The notes below the pieces were generated by a model. It was not told where the DNA came from and searched no databases. It saw only the letters and a list, made by a program, of their open reading frames with translations. Below, one piece after another: positions 34,378 to 49,000 of a DNA stretch of 64,000 nucleotides (its first letter is position 1; every line of letters starts with the position of its first letter). The stretch is from positions 1-64,000 of the forward strand of contig NIVC01003181.1 of assembly GCA_002269645.1 (NCBI GenBank), written 5' to 3'. The position numbers and the translations under genes are program-made. The stretch is from Macrostomum lignano (taxonomy: Eukaryota).

Positions 34378-35999
34378 CGGAGCAGCTGTCGCAGATAGAA
34401 AAAATATTGTACTAGTACACGACAACTTTTGTAAGTTGGCTAAGCAATTGGCATAATAAAAAATCAGAACTTGTTTATATAGAAACCCTGAAAGAGAGCC
34501 CTTTCTATTCAACTGGTTGTTTTTCCTTCTAAAAGCATCACGGAAGCTGCTCAGAAACCGTAATTCTGTGTGTTTAATTAATCCACATTTCGTAGTCCGA
34601 GCCAAGCCCCTCCTGCCTACCCTCCCATTGTCCTTTCACGCTGTGCGCAGCCCATTGTACAGTGCAGACAGTACACACAATTCAGAAAGTGCTTTTAGTA
34701 GAAGAAAATAGGTAACAAAAGCGTTTATTTGCCCTTCACTACTGTCAGTAGTGTAACTGAGAATTACGAGTATAGTAGTGCTTTCTGTGTTAAAATAGTG
34801 TATAGTTAAGTACAAAAAATAGTGTATAAATTGCTAAAATAGATCTTCTTTCCTGTCATTTAATGACATGGCTAAAGAAAAATCCAATTATTGGTGAAAT
34901 TAGCTTTTTAACAAAAGCCTTTTGTTGTGTTTAAAAGCGCAGGCCTTTGTCTAAAAATGTTGTTTAAGTGAATGAATTATTCACTAATCTGCCCGCCAAT
35001 GTCGATGAAAACACATGGATGAAGAGGCCATTAGCGAAACAGCCGGCCGCTAGCGTGTGGGCTTTAAACCCACTTGCCAGATGCTGGAGAGTGAGTCCCT
35101 CCTCACTCGCTCACTCACTCACTTGCTCACTCACTCACTTGCTCACTCACTCACTTACTCACTCACTCACTCACTCACTCGCTCACTCACTCACTCACTC
35201 ACTCACTCACTCACTCACTCACTCACTCACTCACTCACTCACTCACTCACTTACTCACTCACTCACTCACTCACTCACTCACTCACTCACTCACTCACTC
35301 ACTTACTCACTCACTCACTCACTTACTCACTCACTCACTCACTCACTCACTCACTCATTTACTCACTCACTCACTCACTCACTCACTCACTCACTCACTC
35401 ACTCACTCACTCACTCACTCACTCACTCACTTACTCACTCACTCACTCACTCACTCACTCACTCACTCACTCACTCACTCACTCACTCACTCACTCACTC
35501 ACTCACTCACTCACTCACTCACTCACTCACTCACTCACTCACTCACTCACTCACTCACTCACTTACTCACTCACCCACTTACTCTATAAACACTGCAGCC
35601 GTCTACCAACCGATTTGTTTTCAGAAAAATTACTATCAATTCTTCTTCCAGCTTCTCTTGCCATCCAGGCATCTTCCTGTGTCACGCAGCCAGCTACCCC
35701 AAAATTGTTTCCATGACAACAGGACGCCAATAGTTGTGAGGTTGGATCTTCTAACACATCTATTGGAGAGAAGTTTTGTCGGCCTAGAAAACCATAAAAG
35801 CTCCGGCTGGCTTCCACCGTTGTCTCTGCTATCTGTGGTGTTTTTTGTGTCAAAACATATTCGATATTTTTGCCATGTCTGAAAAATCGTTGAAAATCTC
35901 ATTGCGGGTTCTGACGGCTTTTGCTCTGATGGGTGAGTGCCACATATCGCACTAAAAAGAATGTTCATTTCTTTATAGTTTGTTCGAATTGGACAATGG

Positions 36000-37295
36000 G
36001 AGCTGACACACAGGGAGGTTGCGGGATCTGAGGCTGCTGACACACAGGGAGGTTGCGGGATCTGAGGCTGCTGACACACAGAGAGGTTGCGGGATCTGAG
36101 GCTGCTGACACACAGGGAGGTTGCGGGATCTGAGGCTGCTGACACACAGGGAGGTTGCGGGATCTGAGGCTGCTGACACACAGAGAGGTTGCGGGATCTG
36201 AGGCTGCTGACACACAGGGAGGTTGCGGGATCTGAGGCTGCTGACACACAGGGAGGTTGCGGGATCTGAGGCTGCTGACACACAGGGAGGTTGCGGGATC
36301 TGAGGCTGCTGACACACAGAGAGGTTGCGGGATCTGAGGCTGCTGACACACAGAGAGGTTGCGGGATCTGAGGCTGCTGACACACAGAGAGGTTGCGGGA
36401 TCTGAGGCTGCTGACACTGAAAGAGAATGGGATCGCTGAACATTGATAAATTTTAAATTAAAATTCTCTGTCGAAATAACAGATTTGCTTCATGCGTTCA
36501 ATACACCTAATGAAAAACTATCGCTTTGTAAAAACAATCAGCCCTTAAGGTCAACGGACAAGACGTGCGAATGGATGAGGTCCTGGGTTCGGTCTCGGTT
36601 GACAGCAGCGTCTGCAGCCAATTAAAGAACAACAGCGTCAGATCAGTGATCGAGTGCGCGCTGGAGTGCCGAGGCGCCGACTGCGTCGCTGTCGCTTGGT
36701 TCAACGCCGAGTCGCCGCCTCGGTGCCAGCTGCTGACGGTCAGCAGCGATGGCGGCAGCGGCGACTGCATGACGCCGCGGCTGCTGCAGGCCTCGCCGCC
36801 GGGTGTGCAGGTGTTCAAGAAGCCAGGGATGAGCAGCCTGGTGCAGGCCGCCACAGCCCGACAGACGTTCGACGGTGAGAGCTGACACAGGGATTGTGCG
36901 GGATCGGAGTGAGCTGACACAGGGATGGTGCGGGATCGGAGTGAGCTGACACAGGGATTGTGCGGGATCGGAGTGAGCTGACACAGGGATTGTGCGGGAT
37001 CGGAGTGAGCTGACACAAGGATTGTGCGGGATCGGAGTGAGCTGACACAGGGAATGTGCGGGATCGGAGTGAGCTGACACAGGGATTGTGCGGGATCGGA
37101 GTGAGCTGACACAGGGATGGTGCGGGATCGGAGTGAGCTGACACAGGGATTGTGCGGGATCGGAGTGAGCTGACACAGGGATTGTGCGGGATCGGAGTGA
37201 GCTGACACAAGGATTGTGCGGGATCGGAGTGAGCTGACACAGGGAATGTGCGGGATCGGAGTGAGCTGACACAGGGATTGCGCGGGATCTGGTTG
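36000..37295. repeat. Two related minisatellites flanking the PAN exon (36000-36418 and 36878-37295)
   Basis: GCTGACACACAGGGAGGTTGCGGGATCTGAGGCT versus GCTGACACAGGGATTGTGCGGGATCGGAGTGA. Confidence 0.93.
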
Positions 37296-37859
37296 ACACA
37301 GAGGTAGGTTTTGCCGTAAGCAGACTTTCCGGAACTTCTCGCCTAGCTAATGAAACAGTAAACAGAATATGTTGATAAGAAAATGACCACAGGACTACAA
37401 AAGAAATGTTTGAATTTTTTTACCGAGACAGTCACTGCTGTGGGGCATTCGACTAAGAAATTTCCTTTGCGTAAATCCATTTCATTAGTCTGTCTATACT
37501 TCAAGTATTTTAGTAACTATGCGAAATTTGTGGCAGACAAAATATCAAAGAAGTTCATCATCCAATACTAGACGGATTACACTAATAATTAATTGAAGCA
37601 CCTGTAGGGTTCGTCTAAAGAGTGGCTGTTTGTGCTGTTGGAAGTTGCTCTAGGGTACGCAAGGCCTTTAGAAATTCTGGCCTCAGAAACGTTTTTACAG
37701 CAATACATACCTATACAATATAGACTTATAATTATATGTATGCACCTATCTGTATAGGCACAAACTCGCAACAAGTGTGCACATCTACCCAGAATTCCTG
37801 ACTCTCAACAAATTTCAAGATTTAAACGTCCATGTATTGTGTTCCAGTCCAGATATCTA

Positions 37860-38200
37860 GCTTTTGGCGTCCCTGTCTTGTATTCCAAATATAGAAATCT
37901 GGCTCTAGGCGTCCCTAACTTGTATTCCACACCAGATATTCAAGCTTTAGGCGTCCTTGTCTTGTATTCTAGTCCAGATATTTAAGCTTTAGGCGTCCTT
38001 GTCTTGTATTCTAGTCCAGATGTTCAAGCTTTAGGCGTCCTTGTCTTGTATTCTAGTCCAGATATTTAAGCTTTAGGCGTCCTTGTCTTGTATTCTAGTC
38101 CAGATGTTCAAGCTTTAGGCGTCCTTGTCTTGTAATCTAGTCCAAATATTCAAGCTTTAGGCGCCCCTGACGTGAATTCCAGTCCAGATAAACGCATGCA
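37860..38200. repeat. About 42-bp minisatellite
   Basis: CCAGATATTTAAGCTTTAGGCGTCCTTGTCTTGTATTCTAGT units. Confidence 0.85.
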
Positions 38201-38604
38201 GCTCTAGGCGTAAAAATCGCACAAAGACGCCTGTTACAATCGCCAACCGTCCAAACCACCGCAGCCACGGGCACAGGCGCCACCGGTGCCATCCAGTCGG
38301 CCCAGATCAACGTGACCGGCTGCTACCGCATCGAGGCCCGAGGCGCCCGCGGCGGCTCCACCTGGATCGGCTTCAACCCCGTTACCATGGGCGGCTACGG
38401 GGCCTCCGTGGCCGGTAGCTTCAGCCTGGCGGCCGGCCTCGCCCTGGCCGTGGTTGTCGGCCAGCGCGGCGGCAACACCTCGCAGGCGAACGACGGAGCC
38501 GGCGGCGGCGGTGGAGGCGGCAGCTTCGTCTACCTGCAGGCCAACGCCAGCCTGCTGGTGGCCGCTGGCGGCGGCGGAGGCGCTGGACGAGCTTACACCG
38601 GTAT

Positions 38605-39575
38605 GGGAGTTTGTACTTTTGTGCTAATGGGAGGGGTGCAAATTGTACTTTTGTGCTAATGGTTAGGGGTGCAAATTGTACTTTTGTGCTAATGGTTAGG
38701 GGTGCAAATTGTACTTTTGTGCTAATGGTTAGGGGTGCAAATTGTACTTTTGTGCTAATGGTTAGGGGTGCAAATTGTAATTTCGTGCTAATGTTTAGGG
38801 GTGCAAATTGTACTTTTGTGCTAATGGTTAGGGGTGCAAATTGTAATTTCGTGCTAATGGTTAGGGGTGCAAATTGTACTTTTGTGCTAATGGTTAGGGG
38901 TGTAACTTGTAATTTTGTGCTAATGGTTAGGGGTGCAAATTGTACTTTTGTGTTAATGGTTAGGGGTGAAAATTGTACTATTGTGTTAATGGTTAGGGGT
39001 GTAACTTGTACTTTTGTGCTAATGGGACGGGAGTGCAAATTGTACTTTTGTGCTAATGGGACGGGAGTGCAAATTGTAATTTTGTGCTAATGGTTAGGGG
39101 TGCAAATTGTAATTTTGTGCTAATGGTTAGGGGTGCAAATTGTACTTTTGTGTTAATGGTTAGGGGTGCAAATTGTAATTTTGTGCTAATGGTTAGGGGT
39201 GCAAATTGTACTTTTGTGTTAATGGTTAGGGGTGCAAATTGTACTTTTGTGCTAATGGTTAGGGGTGCAAATTGTACTTTTGTGTTAATGGTTAGGGGTG
39301 CAAATTGTACTTTTGTGCTAATGGTTAGGGGTGCAAATTGTACTTTTGTGTTAATGGTTAGGGGTGCAAATAGTAATTTTGTGCTAATGGGACGGGAGTG
39401 CAAATTGTACTTTTGTGCTAATGGGACGGGAGTGCAAATTGTACTTTTGTGCTAATGGGACGGGAGTGCAAATTGTACTTTTGTGCTAATGGGACGGGAG
39501 TGCAAATTGTACTTTTGTGCTAATGGGACGGGAGTGCAAATTGTACTTTTGTGCTAATGGGACGGGAGTGCAAAT
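38605..39575. repeat. 33-bp minisatellite
   Basis: AATGGTTAGGGGTGCAAATTGTACTTTTGTGCT units. Confidence 0.95.
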
Positions 39576-40239
39576 CGCGCTATGATGGGGCGCCAGGTAT
39601 GTTACGAGTATCAGCTCGTAGGAGATCCAGCATCACATGTCTAATTGGTTGCCAGTAATAAGAAAAACTCGGTTTTTTGGTTGCCAGGCCGCAACGGCCA
39701 GGCGGGCCCGAACGGCACCGACTCGTACACTGAGGACTGGCCGCAGAACAACGGCTTGGGCGGCGCCAACGGCCAGCCGGGCAGTTGGGTGCCCAGCAGC
39801 AACACGGAGGGACTGCGCGGCGGCCCCGGCGCCGGCTGGCTGGCCGCTGCACCGGCCAGGAGTGGACACGGCCTACGGAGAGCGGGGCGGCGGCCGCGCC
39901 TAGGGCTGGGTTGGCGGAGTCGGCGGCTCCGCTAACAACCACGCTGTTGGCGGCTTCGGCGGAGGCGGCGGCGGCGGACCGGCTCTGGGCGCCGGCGGAG
40001 GCTATAGCGGCGGCGGGGCCGGCACCTACTACAAGGTTACTGGCGGCGGCGGCGGCTCTTACTGCGGCGGCTCCGACTGCATGGCCGTCACCGGAGGCAA
40101 CAATGCCTCTGATTATGGATATGTTGATATAAAGCTGCTGGGATTTGGGGCCTGCTAGGTAGCAGTGGGAGAGTAGATAGGGTTGAGTTGCTAGGGAGAT
40201 CGAGTAGGGATCGAGTAGGGGTTTAGATAAGGAGAAGTA

Positions 40240-40840
40240 GCTAGGGGAGAGTAGCTAGGGGAGAGTACATGTAGCTAGGGGAGAGTAGTTAGGAGAGAGT
40301 AGCTAGGGGAGAGTAGTTAGGGGAGAGTAGCTAGGGGAGAGTAGCTAGGGGAGAGTAGCTAGGGGAGAGTAGTTAGGGGAGAGTAGTTAGGGGAGAGTAG
40401 CTAGGGGAGAGTAGCTAGGCGAGAGTAGCTAGGGGAGAGTAGCTAGGCGAGAGTAGCTAGGGGAGAGTAGTTAGCAGAAGGGGAGAGTAGTTGGGGTGAG
40501 TAGTAAGAGGAGTGTAGATAGGGGAGTGTAGATAAGGAAGAGTAACCTAGGAGAGAGTAGCTAGGGAAGGGCAGCTGTGGGGAGTCATGGAGAGGAGAGC
40601 AGCTGGGAGAGTCATGGAGAGGAGAGCAGCTGGGAGAGTCATGGAGAGGAGAGCAGCTGGGAGAGTCATGGAGAGGAGAGCAGCTGGGAGAGTCATAGAG
40701 AGGAGAGCAGCTGGGAGAGTCATGGAGAGGAGAGCAGCTGGGAGAGTCATGGAGAGGAGAGCAGCTGGGAGAGTCATGGAGAGGAGAGCAGCTGGGAGAG
40801 TCATGGAGAGGAGAGCAGCTGGGAGAGTCATGGAGAGGAC
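40240..40840. repeat. 14-bp then 27-bp purine-rich minisatellites
   Basis: GCTAGGGGAGAGTA, then GGAGAGGAGAGCAGCTGGGAGAGTCAT. Confidence 0.93.
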
Positions 40841-43643
40841 GTAAACATTAACTTTGAAGATGTAATGATTGAGAATTTTTTCACTTTTAAACAGACCTAA
40901 CATAGGTAAACAGAAGAATTTTAAACAGATAAAGTCCTTTTCTGTTTCGTTTTTTCCAAAACTCGTAGCTAGCGACACGTTTTACAGAGCCCCCGAAATA
41001 CTATTTGCTGTTGTATTTTCTGCATATTTATTAGCTATACGGGCTAGTAGGAGCCCCGCTATCTGTCAGACATTTTAATCGAAAACATTTTACACTCTGT
41101 TAGAACTCTTTAATTATATACTCGTGGAATTTATTTTAAACGGTTGAAGCAATACTCGTATTTAATTGCCCTTTATTGCAAAGTCCTATTTGAACTGTTA
41201 CGAGCGTAAATCTGCGATAAAATATACTCGTAAAACATTTACGGTAAATCTGAATTGACAAACTGCTGAATAATAACCGCAAACAGACTTAATCAGTCAG
41301 CTTTTTACTTTGGTAAATATTTCTTCTTGCACTCGTGCTGTTACCATGGCAACAGGTTGTTATCTGGACCAAACTTAATGAGCCCACACACCTATGCGCA
41401 TCTGCTAGAATGCAAACAACTTCAGGGAACAATGAGTTTAATGCTGCATGACAATCTCAATGCGGGAAAAGCACTTCTCTGCCATTTATAGATGTATGCA
41501 TGGATTCTGCGCTTCAGAACTCCGACACGTCATATCTCCGACACTTCATATCTCCGACACTTCATATCTCCGACACTTCATATCTCCGACACTTCAGAAC
41601 TCCGACACTTCATATCTCCGACCCTTACTCCAATACTCCAGCCATAGCATTTCAGCAATTCTCCATAGCCTTGAAATGTCAGCAAATCACTGCATGAGCT
41701 TTGACGTCTCAGAAATGCCACATGAGTCTTTATTGTTTCACAGGGCGATTATTCTATGGTTGAACCCTAACCCGAACAACATGCGTGAACTTTGACATCT
41801 TAGCTATCTTCCATGAGCATTGCATCACAAGCAATTTCCTCCGTAAGCCTTGACATCTCTGCAATTAGCCACAGCATCTCAGCAATTCCCCAACGAGTCT
41901 TTTACGCTTGACAGGGCGATTCTTTCATGATTGAATCCTAACCTAACCCAATGAGCCACAGCGCCTTTACATCTCAAAAAAATTTCCTTTATGAGCCTTG
42001 ACCTTTCAGTAATTCACGCTTTGAATCTTTTGTGATTGACACGGCGATTCTTTTATAATTGAACCCTAACCCGAGCACTAAGCCTGCCGAGTCACAGCAT
42101 TTCAGAAATTCCCCCTGAGCCCAAGAATTTTTGCAATTCCTCGATGCGCCACGACAACTCAGCAATTGAGCCCCTCTCGGAGCTGCCTTCAGTAATGGTC
42201 GGTCAGCGTATTGGCGGATAGCACAATCCACATCTAGCAGCTTGTGTGCCTGCACAGGGGAGTCGGCGGAATGGGCAGCAATGCCTCTCGCCGGTTGTGC
42301 GACAATGTCGCTTAAAGTGCGCCAGGGTGCACACAGCCACAGCTCAAGTCTCTAATAAAAATTGGTGGCAGAGAAATAGACAAAGCGATTTACACGCAAT
42401 TAATTACAAGGATCGTTTAAACTGGTTAAGAAATCATATTAGAGATAAAAATGACCTTCCTAGATCTTGGTAGCTCAAATCAGCTGCATTCATAGCTTGT
42501 TTGATCGCTACCAAGACGATATAAGTCGCCTTTTCTGCATTGGAAAACATTTGAAAAGTTCCTGCAAAGGTTCGCTTTTGTGAAATGAAATCACACCTTC
42601 GCCATAATTAAGCAAAATGTATACCCAATATCAATTTTTGTATTTCACCAACAGCCAGATGTTTGTCGATTCCCACACTCAAAATTTACTTTGTAGAACC
42701 TGATCTGTATACTGCAGTTGACGCCAATGCAGCTTTTACCTGATGTAGAGAAATCTGTGCACATTTTTGTTAGAGCAATTTATTCCCTATCTAAACCTAG
42801 GATAGGTTCCATTATTTGAACGATATTCAGATCCCATGTAGCAGATCCTAAGTCTACATGTAGCAGCAGCTACTTTACTTGTGAGAGTTGACATCCGGCA
42901 TTGGGTTGGTGCGGCATGCAAACATTTATCTTGGTAACTGCCGACTCTGCGAAATGCTGTGGCTCATTGGGGAGGGGGGGGGGGCACGAGATTAGCATCA
43001 TCATAGGGAAAACATCATTTCCCCTAAGATACTAACAATGCAAATGTACAGGATCATAAGGGAATTTCTAAACTACTTGGCTCATGGAGGGTTGCTCAGA
43101 TACTTTGAGTCAAAGCTGATAGAGGAGGTCATAACCTACGTGATGTTTATTCAAACATTTCTATTTCTTTATTTGTTACCTCATCAATGGTGAAAAACTG
43201 CTAGTTTAGTGCTAGGCTAAAAATAGACCAGAGTGTATTATAAACCTAGAGAATTCTTAATAAAATTATACTCGGCGAAACAAAATTGATCAAGCTACGT
43301 GAAGAATAGTACAAAGCGGGTTAAATTTCATTAAAATTTCACCGCGATCCGCTCCACTAATTAAAGTAATTTATTCATTTATTTAGATGACAAGCAATCA
43401 ATGAAATCCATTAGATTTTGAATAAGAAATATCTGACTATAACAAATTTACAGCGCAGCAAAGTTATACTGAAATAGAATTGTGGCAACAGTTTTAAAAA
43501 AATCGAACTGGAATTTCAACAGAGAGTATCTAATTTGCTTTTGAGTATAATAATCATATCCGATGTATTTGATACACTGAAATAACAATTATGCATGCAA
43601 TTGGCGTAGCCAGAATGTTCAAGGTGCTACAGTACACTTGAGG

Positions 43644-45864
43644 TCAGACAAATGGATTTAGATTTGTCAAATTTATCTCCTCAATGAAGGGATCGAGAAA
43701 TGATTGACTGCTCAGCAGGCCTGTGGTGAGGACGATGTAGTCAGCTGGGACTGCAACGGGGTTGAGGCGGAGTCGGCATAGCAAACTCTGCGATCTGCTG
43801 GGGATGGCATTGCGGATGGCGGATGGGAGATGGGGAAGGGAAGCGGATGGGGGATGGGGAGGGGAAGCGGATGGGGGATGGGGAAGGGAAGCGGATGGGG
43901 GATGGGGAAGGGAAGCGGATGGGAGATGGGGAAGGGAAGCGGATGGGGGATGGGGAAGGGAAGCGGATGGGAGATGGGGAAGGGAAGCGGATGGGAGATG
44001 GGGAAGGGAAGCGGATGGGGGATGGGGAAGGGAAGCGGATTGGGATGGGGGAAGGGAAGCGGATGGGAGATGGGGAAGGGAAGCGGATGGGGATGGGCAA
44101 GGGAAGCGGATGGGAGATGGGGAAGGGAAGCGGATGGGGGATGGGAAGGGAAGCGGATGGGGGATGGGGAAGGGAAGCGGATGGGGGATGGGGAAGGGAA
44201 GCGGATGGGAGATGGGGAAGGGAAGCGGATGGGAGATGGGGAAGGGAAGCGGATGGGGGATGGGGAAGGCAGGCGGATGGGGATGGGGAAAGGAAAGCGG
44301 ATGGGGAAGGCAGGCGGATGGGGAAGGCAGGCGGATGGGGAAGGCAGGCGGATGGGGAAGGCAGGCGGATGGGGAATGCAGGCGGATGGGAGAGAACACA
44401 AGCAGGTACATGTACAAATAACAGGTAGCAGCGTATAGACAGGCAACTCACAATCGTCCGACTGGGACAGGAAGCGAAGCGCGCTGATTTCAGAATAGGT
44501 GGCGCCCCCCACGAATACAACGAGGTTGTGCTTGGTGTCCGCCGAGTACACGGGCGGGACAGGGCCGTCTGCGGAGCGAATTGGGGTTATAAACAAGTTT
44601 GGAATAACATGCTGGTCATAACCCCGAAAGATACCGGTCATAAACTCCAAGGAAATGGGTGTCTCATACTGGTCATAAACTCCAAGAAAATGGGTGTCTC
44701 ATACCGGTCATAAACTCCAAGGAATTGGGTGTCTCATACCGGTCATAAAATCCAAGAAAATGGGTGTCTCATACCGGTCATAAAATCCAAGAAAATGGGT
44801 GTCTCATACCGGTCATAAACTCCAAGAAAATGGGTGTCTCATACTGGTCATAAACTCCAAGGAAATGGGTGTCTCATACCGGTCATAAACTCCAAGGAAA
44901 TGGGTGTCTCATACTGGTCATAAACTCCAAGGAAATGGGTGTCTCATACCGGTCATAAACTCCAAGGAATTGGGTGTCTCATACCGGTCATAAAATCCAA
45001 GAAAATGGGTGTCTCATACCGGTCAAAAACTCCAAGAAAATGGGTGTCTCATACTGGTCATAAACTCCAAGGAAATGGGTGTCTCATACTGGTCATAAAC
45101 TCCAAGGAAATGGGTGTCTCATACTGGTCATAAACTCCAAGGAAATTGGTGTCTCATACTGGTCATAAACTCCAAGGAAATGGGTGCCTCATACTGCCTG
45201 GTCATAAACTCCAAGGAAATGGGTGTCTCATACTGCCTGGTCATAAACTCCAAGGAAATGGGTGTCTCATACCGGTCATAAACTCCAAGGAAATGGGTGT
45301 CTCATACCGGTCATAAACTCCAAGGAAATGGGTGTCTCATACCGGTCATAAACTCCAAGGAATTGGGTGTCTCATACTGGTCATAAACTCCAAGGAAATG
45401 GGTGTCTCATACCGGTCATAAACTCTAAGAAATGGTGCGTCAGCCTTACAAGTGCAAGAATTGCCCAGTAAAGTGCATTGACCTTCCCCCTCCTCACCCT
45501 GCCGCAGCCCCTTGACCTTCTGAATGGCTTCATGGACCGGACCGCCCGGCAGGAAGTCCAAGGCGTCGCGGATGCCTCGCCAGCCGGGCTGCGAGAATTT
45601 CTGCACCAGTCGGGCGCTGATTGGCGCGTAGCCGCTCGTCACGTAGTGAAAATCCGCTGGCGCCTCTTCGCTGAGCTGCTCCGGGCACAGGCTGAGCGTA
45701 GTTTTAATGGCCGAGTAGTGATTCCTGGCGCCCGGCTTCTGCTCGGCAATGAGGCCGGCTTTGACCAGGTTGCACCACGTGACCAGCTTGTCGGCTCCGT
45801 AGGCCTGCGTTTGAAGAAAGCCGTGACCTTGATTTTCATAGAAATATAGTATAGAGACAGGCAC

Positions 45865-45955
<91 letters not shown>

Positions 45956-45989
45956 CAGACAGACAGACAAACAAACAAACAGACAGACG

Positions 45990-46020
<31 letters not shown>

Positions 46021-49000
46021 ATTCAGACGGACACAGCTGAGCCCAGGAGACCGCAGCCCACCTGAGCAATATCCCGCATGTACTGCTGGGCCAGTTTGGG
46101 CTTGAGGCCGCCGTTGCAGAATGACTGAATGCAGATGAGCCGCAGCACGTCCGGCAGGGGACCCTCGCGGGCGATCAGCGACTCGATGAACGGGTTGGCC
46201 CGGTCAGTCTCGTAGCCGTGCACCAGCTCGTGCTGGCATTCGTACAGGTCCATGTATTCGTCGCTTTCCGTGTGCGCTTTGACCTTCTCTGTCACTGTGG
46301 TGAACACCGCCAATGAGTTTTTGGCGGCCTGCATGTGCGGCAGCTTGCTGACGATCTTCTTTAGCTCGGCTACTGTGGTCGCTTGGTGGCGCTCCTGGTT
46401 GAGAAGGGTTGGGAAATGAGGAACCAAGTGCTTTTGAGCAGGGGAATTCGGTGCTTTGCAGGGGGAATTCGGTGCTTTTGCAGGGGGAATTCGGTGCTTT
46501 TGCGCAGGGGAATTCGGTGCTTTGCAGGGGGAATTCGGTGCTTTTGCAAAAGGGGAATTCGGTGCTTTTGCAAGAGAGGAATTCGGTGCTTTTGCGCAGG
46601 GGAATTCGGTGCTTTTGCAAGAGGGGAATTCGGTGCTTTTGCAAGAGAGGAATTCGGTGCTTTTGCAAGAGGGGAATTCGGTGCTTTTGCAAGGGGGAAT
46701 TCGGTGCTTTTGCAAGGGGGAATTCGGTGCTTTTGCAAGAGGGGAATTCAGTGCTTTTGCAAGAGAGGAATTCGGTGCTTTTGCGCAGGGGAATTTGGCG
46801 CTTTTTCGCAGGGGAATTTGGTGCTTTTTCAAGCGGGGAATTCGGTGCCTTTGCAAAGGGGAATTCCATTTAGTACAGGATGGAATTCGATAGCTTTGTC
46901 CAGGGGAATTTAGCAATTCTGTACCGGGGCAATTTAGTTCTTATAATATGTTGGCAATTTGGGAATTTTAATAGCTTCTCTGTCTACTCTCAATAGACAC
47001 GCACTAGTACAAGCTGACAACTATAATCGCTTACGTCAAACTGAGCTGATATGTTCCTAGCGAACTTGCTCAGCAGCTTGCCAATCGCGTTGATGTGCCG
47101 GTCTCTCAGATCGGCGAACACCTCGTCCGCGGAATTCAGAGCCACCTTGCGCTCCTCAACATCGTTGTCACGAGGGATGCTGACAACGATTCTAGCTGGA
47201 AGCGAACAGAGTGCACCATGTACTGTCATCAAACAGGTCAGTGACAGTCGATTTTGCTCAAGACGGTTCTACATCAGCATAACCTCTCCATCAACCATCC
47301 CAGTATCATCTCCATTATCCATCCCAGCATCCCTCTCCATCATCCATCCCAGCATCCTTCTCCTTTATCCAACCCAACATCCTCTCTCCTTCATTTATCG
47401 TAGCAACACTCTCCATCATCCATCCCAGCATCATCCTCTCCATCATCCATCCCAGCATCCTTCTCCTTTATCCAACCCAACATCCTCTCTCCTTCATTTA
47501 TCCTAGCAACACTCTCCATCATCCATCCCAGCATCATCCTCTCCATCATCCATCCCAGCATCATCCTCTCCATCATCCATCCCAGCATCATCCTCTCCAT
47601 CATCCATCCCAGCATCCTTCTCCTTTATCCAACCCAACATCCTCTCTCCTTCATTTATCCTAGCACCACTCTCCATCATCCATCCCAGCATCATCCTCTC
47701 CATCATCCATCCCAGCATCCTTCTCCTTTATCCAACCCAACATCCTCTCTCCTTCATTTATCCTAGCACCACTCTCCATCATCCATCCCAGCATCATCCT
47801 CTCCATCATCCATCCCAGCATCCTTCTCCTTTATCCAACCCAACATCCTCTCTCCTTCATTTATCCTAGCAACACTCTCCATCATCCATCCCAGCATCAT
47901 CCTCTCCATTATCCATCCCAGAATCATCCTCTCCACCATCTATCCCAGCATCCCTCTCCTTTATCCATCGCAGCATCCCCTCTCCATCATCCATCCCAGC
48001 ACCATCCTCTCCACCATCCATCCCAGCATCTCCTCTCCTTTATCCATCCAAGCATCCATTTTCCTCCATATATCCCAACATCCCTTTCATTTATCCATCC
48101 CAAAATCAACTCTCTTTCATTCATCCCAGCATCACTTTCCCTCACCCACCCTAGCATCCCAATCTCCTTCATCCAGTCAGCCTCAAACGCAACTTACTAT
48201 ATTTGGGGCGGTAGACCTCTTCAATGAGTCCCTCAAAGTTAAGCTGCGGCACCAGCGGAGTGAGCGGGTCGCAGCTGCGATCAATGATGATCAGGTTGTC
48301 AATCTGGGGCGCAATGGCCGCTGTGTCTTCCAAGTCGTATTCCCGGCGCATGCGGATTATGTTGTCGCAGACTCGCTGCAGAAAATACGGTTTTAAAACC
48401 GTTTGGAACTAAAGTTCTTCTTCGATGTAAGATTTTCCTTAGCCTATATGCATCAGACTGGACAGACAGACACTACTGCATCAGGTGCCACATCTATCAG
48501 ACTGGACAGACAGACACTACTGCATCAGGTGCCACATCTATCAGACTGGACAGACAGACACTACTGCATCAGGTGCCACATCTATCAGACTGGACAGACA
48601 GACACTACTGCATCAGGTGCCACATCTATCAGACTGGACAGGCAGACACTACTGCATCAGGTGCCACATCTATCAGACTGGACAGACATACACTACTGCA
48701 TCAGGTGCCACATGTATCAGACTGGACAGACAGACACTACTCCATCAGGTGCCACATGTATCAGACTGGACAGACAGACACTACTGCATCAGGTGCCACA
48801 TCTATCAGACTGGACAGACAGACACTACTGCATCAGGTGCCACATGCCCACATCTATCAGACTGGACAGACAGACACTACAGCATCAGGTGCCACATCTA
48901 TCAGACTGGACAGACATACACTACTGCATCAGGTGCCACATGTATCAGACTGGACAGACAGACACTACTCCATCAGGTGCCACATGTATCAGACTGGACA

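Larger units (their letters stand above)
35875..40158 (+). pseudogene. Secreted PAN/Apple + ALK/LTK-type glycine-rich-domain protein gene, with an in-frame TAG (39901-39903) and a frameshift near 39860; pseudogene or null allele
   Basis: Exons: 35875-35932 (signal peptide MSEKSLKISLRVLTAFALM), 36542-36874 (PAN: SVIECALECRGADCVAV..CQL), 38265-38600 (YRIEARGARGG..VVVGQRGG..GGGGGGSFV..LLVAAGGGGG), 39688-40158 (GGFGGGG..GGGYSGG..GGGGGSYC..YGYVDI). All introns are phase 1. Confidence 0.72.

Noticed and set aside
38605-39575. Interstitial telomeric repeat
   Set aside because: Only one TTAGGG per 33-bp unit and no tandem hexamers.
42440-42580. Possible orphan minus-strand exon (TFQMFSNAEKATYIVLVAIKQAMNAADLSYQDLG)
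   Set aside because: There is an acceptor-like site, but I could not link it to other exons or recognise the peptide.
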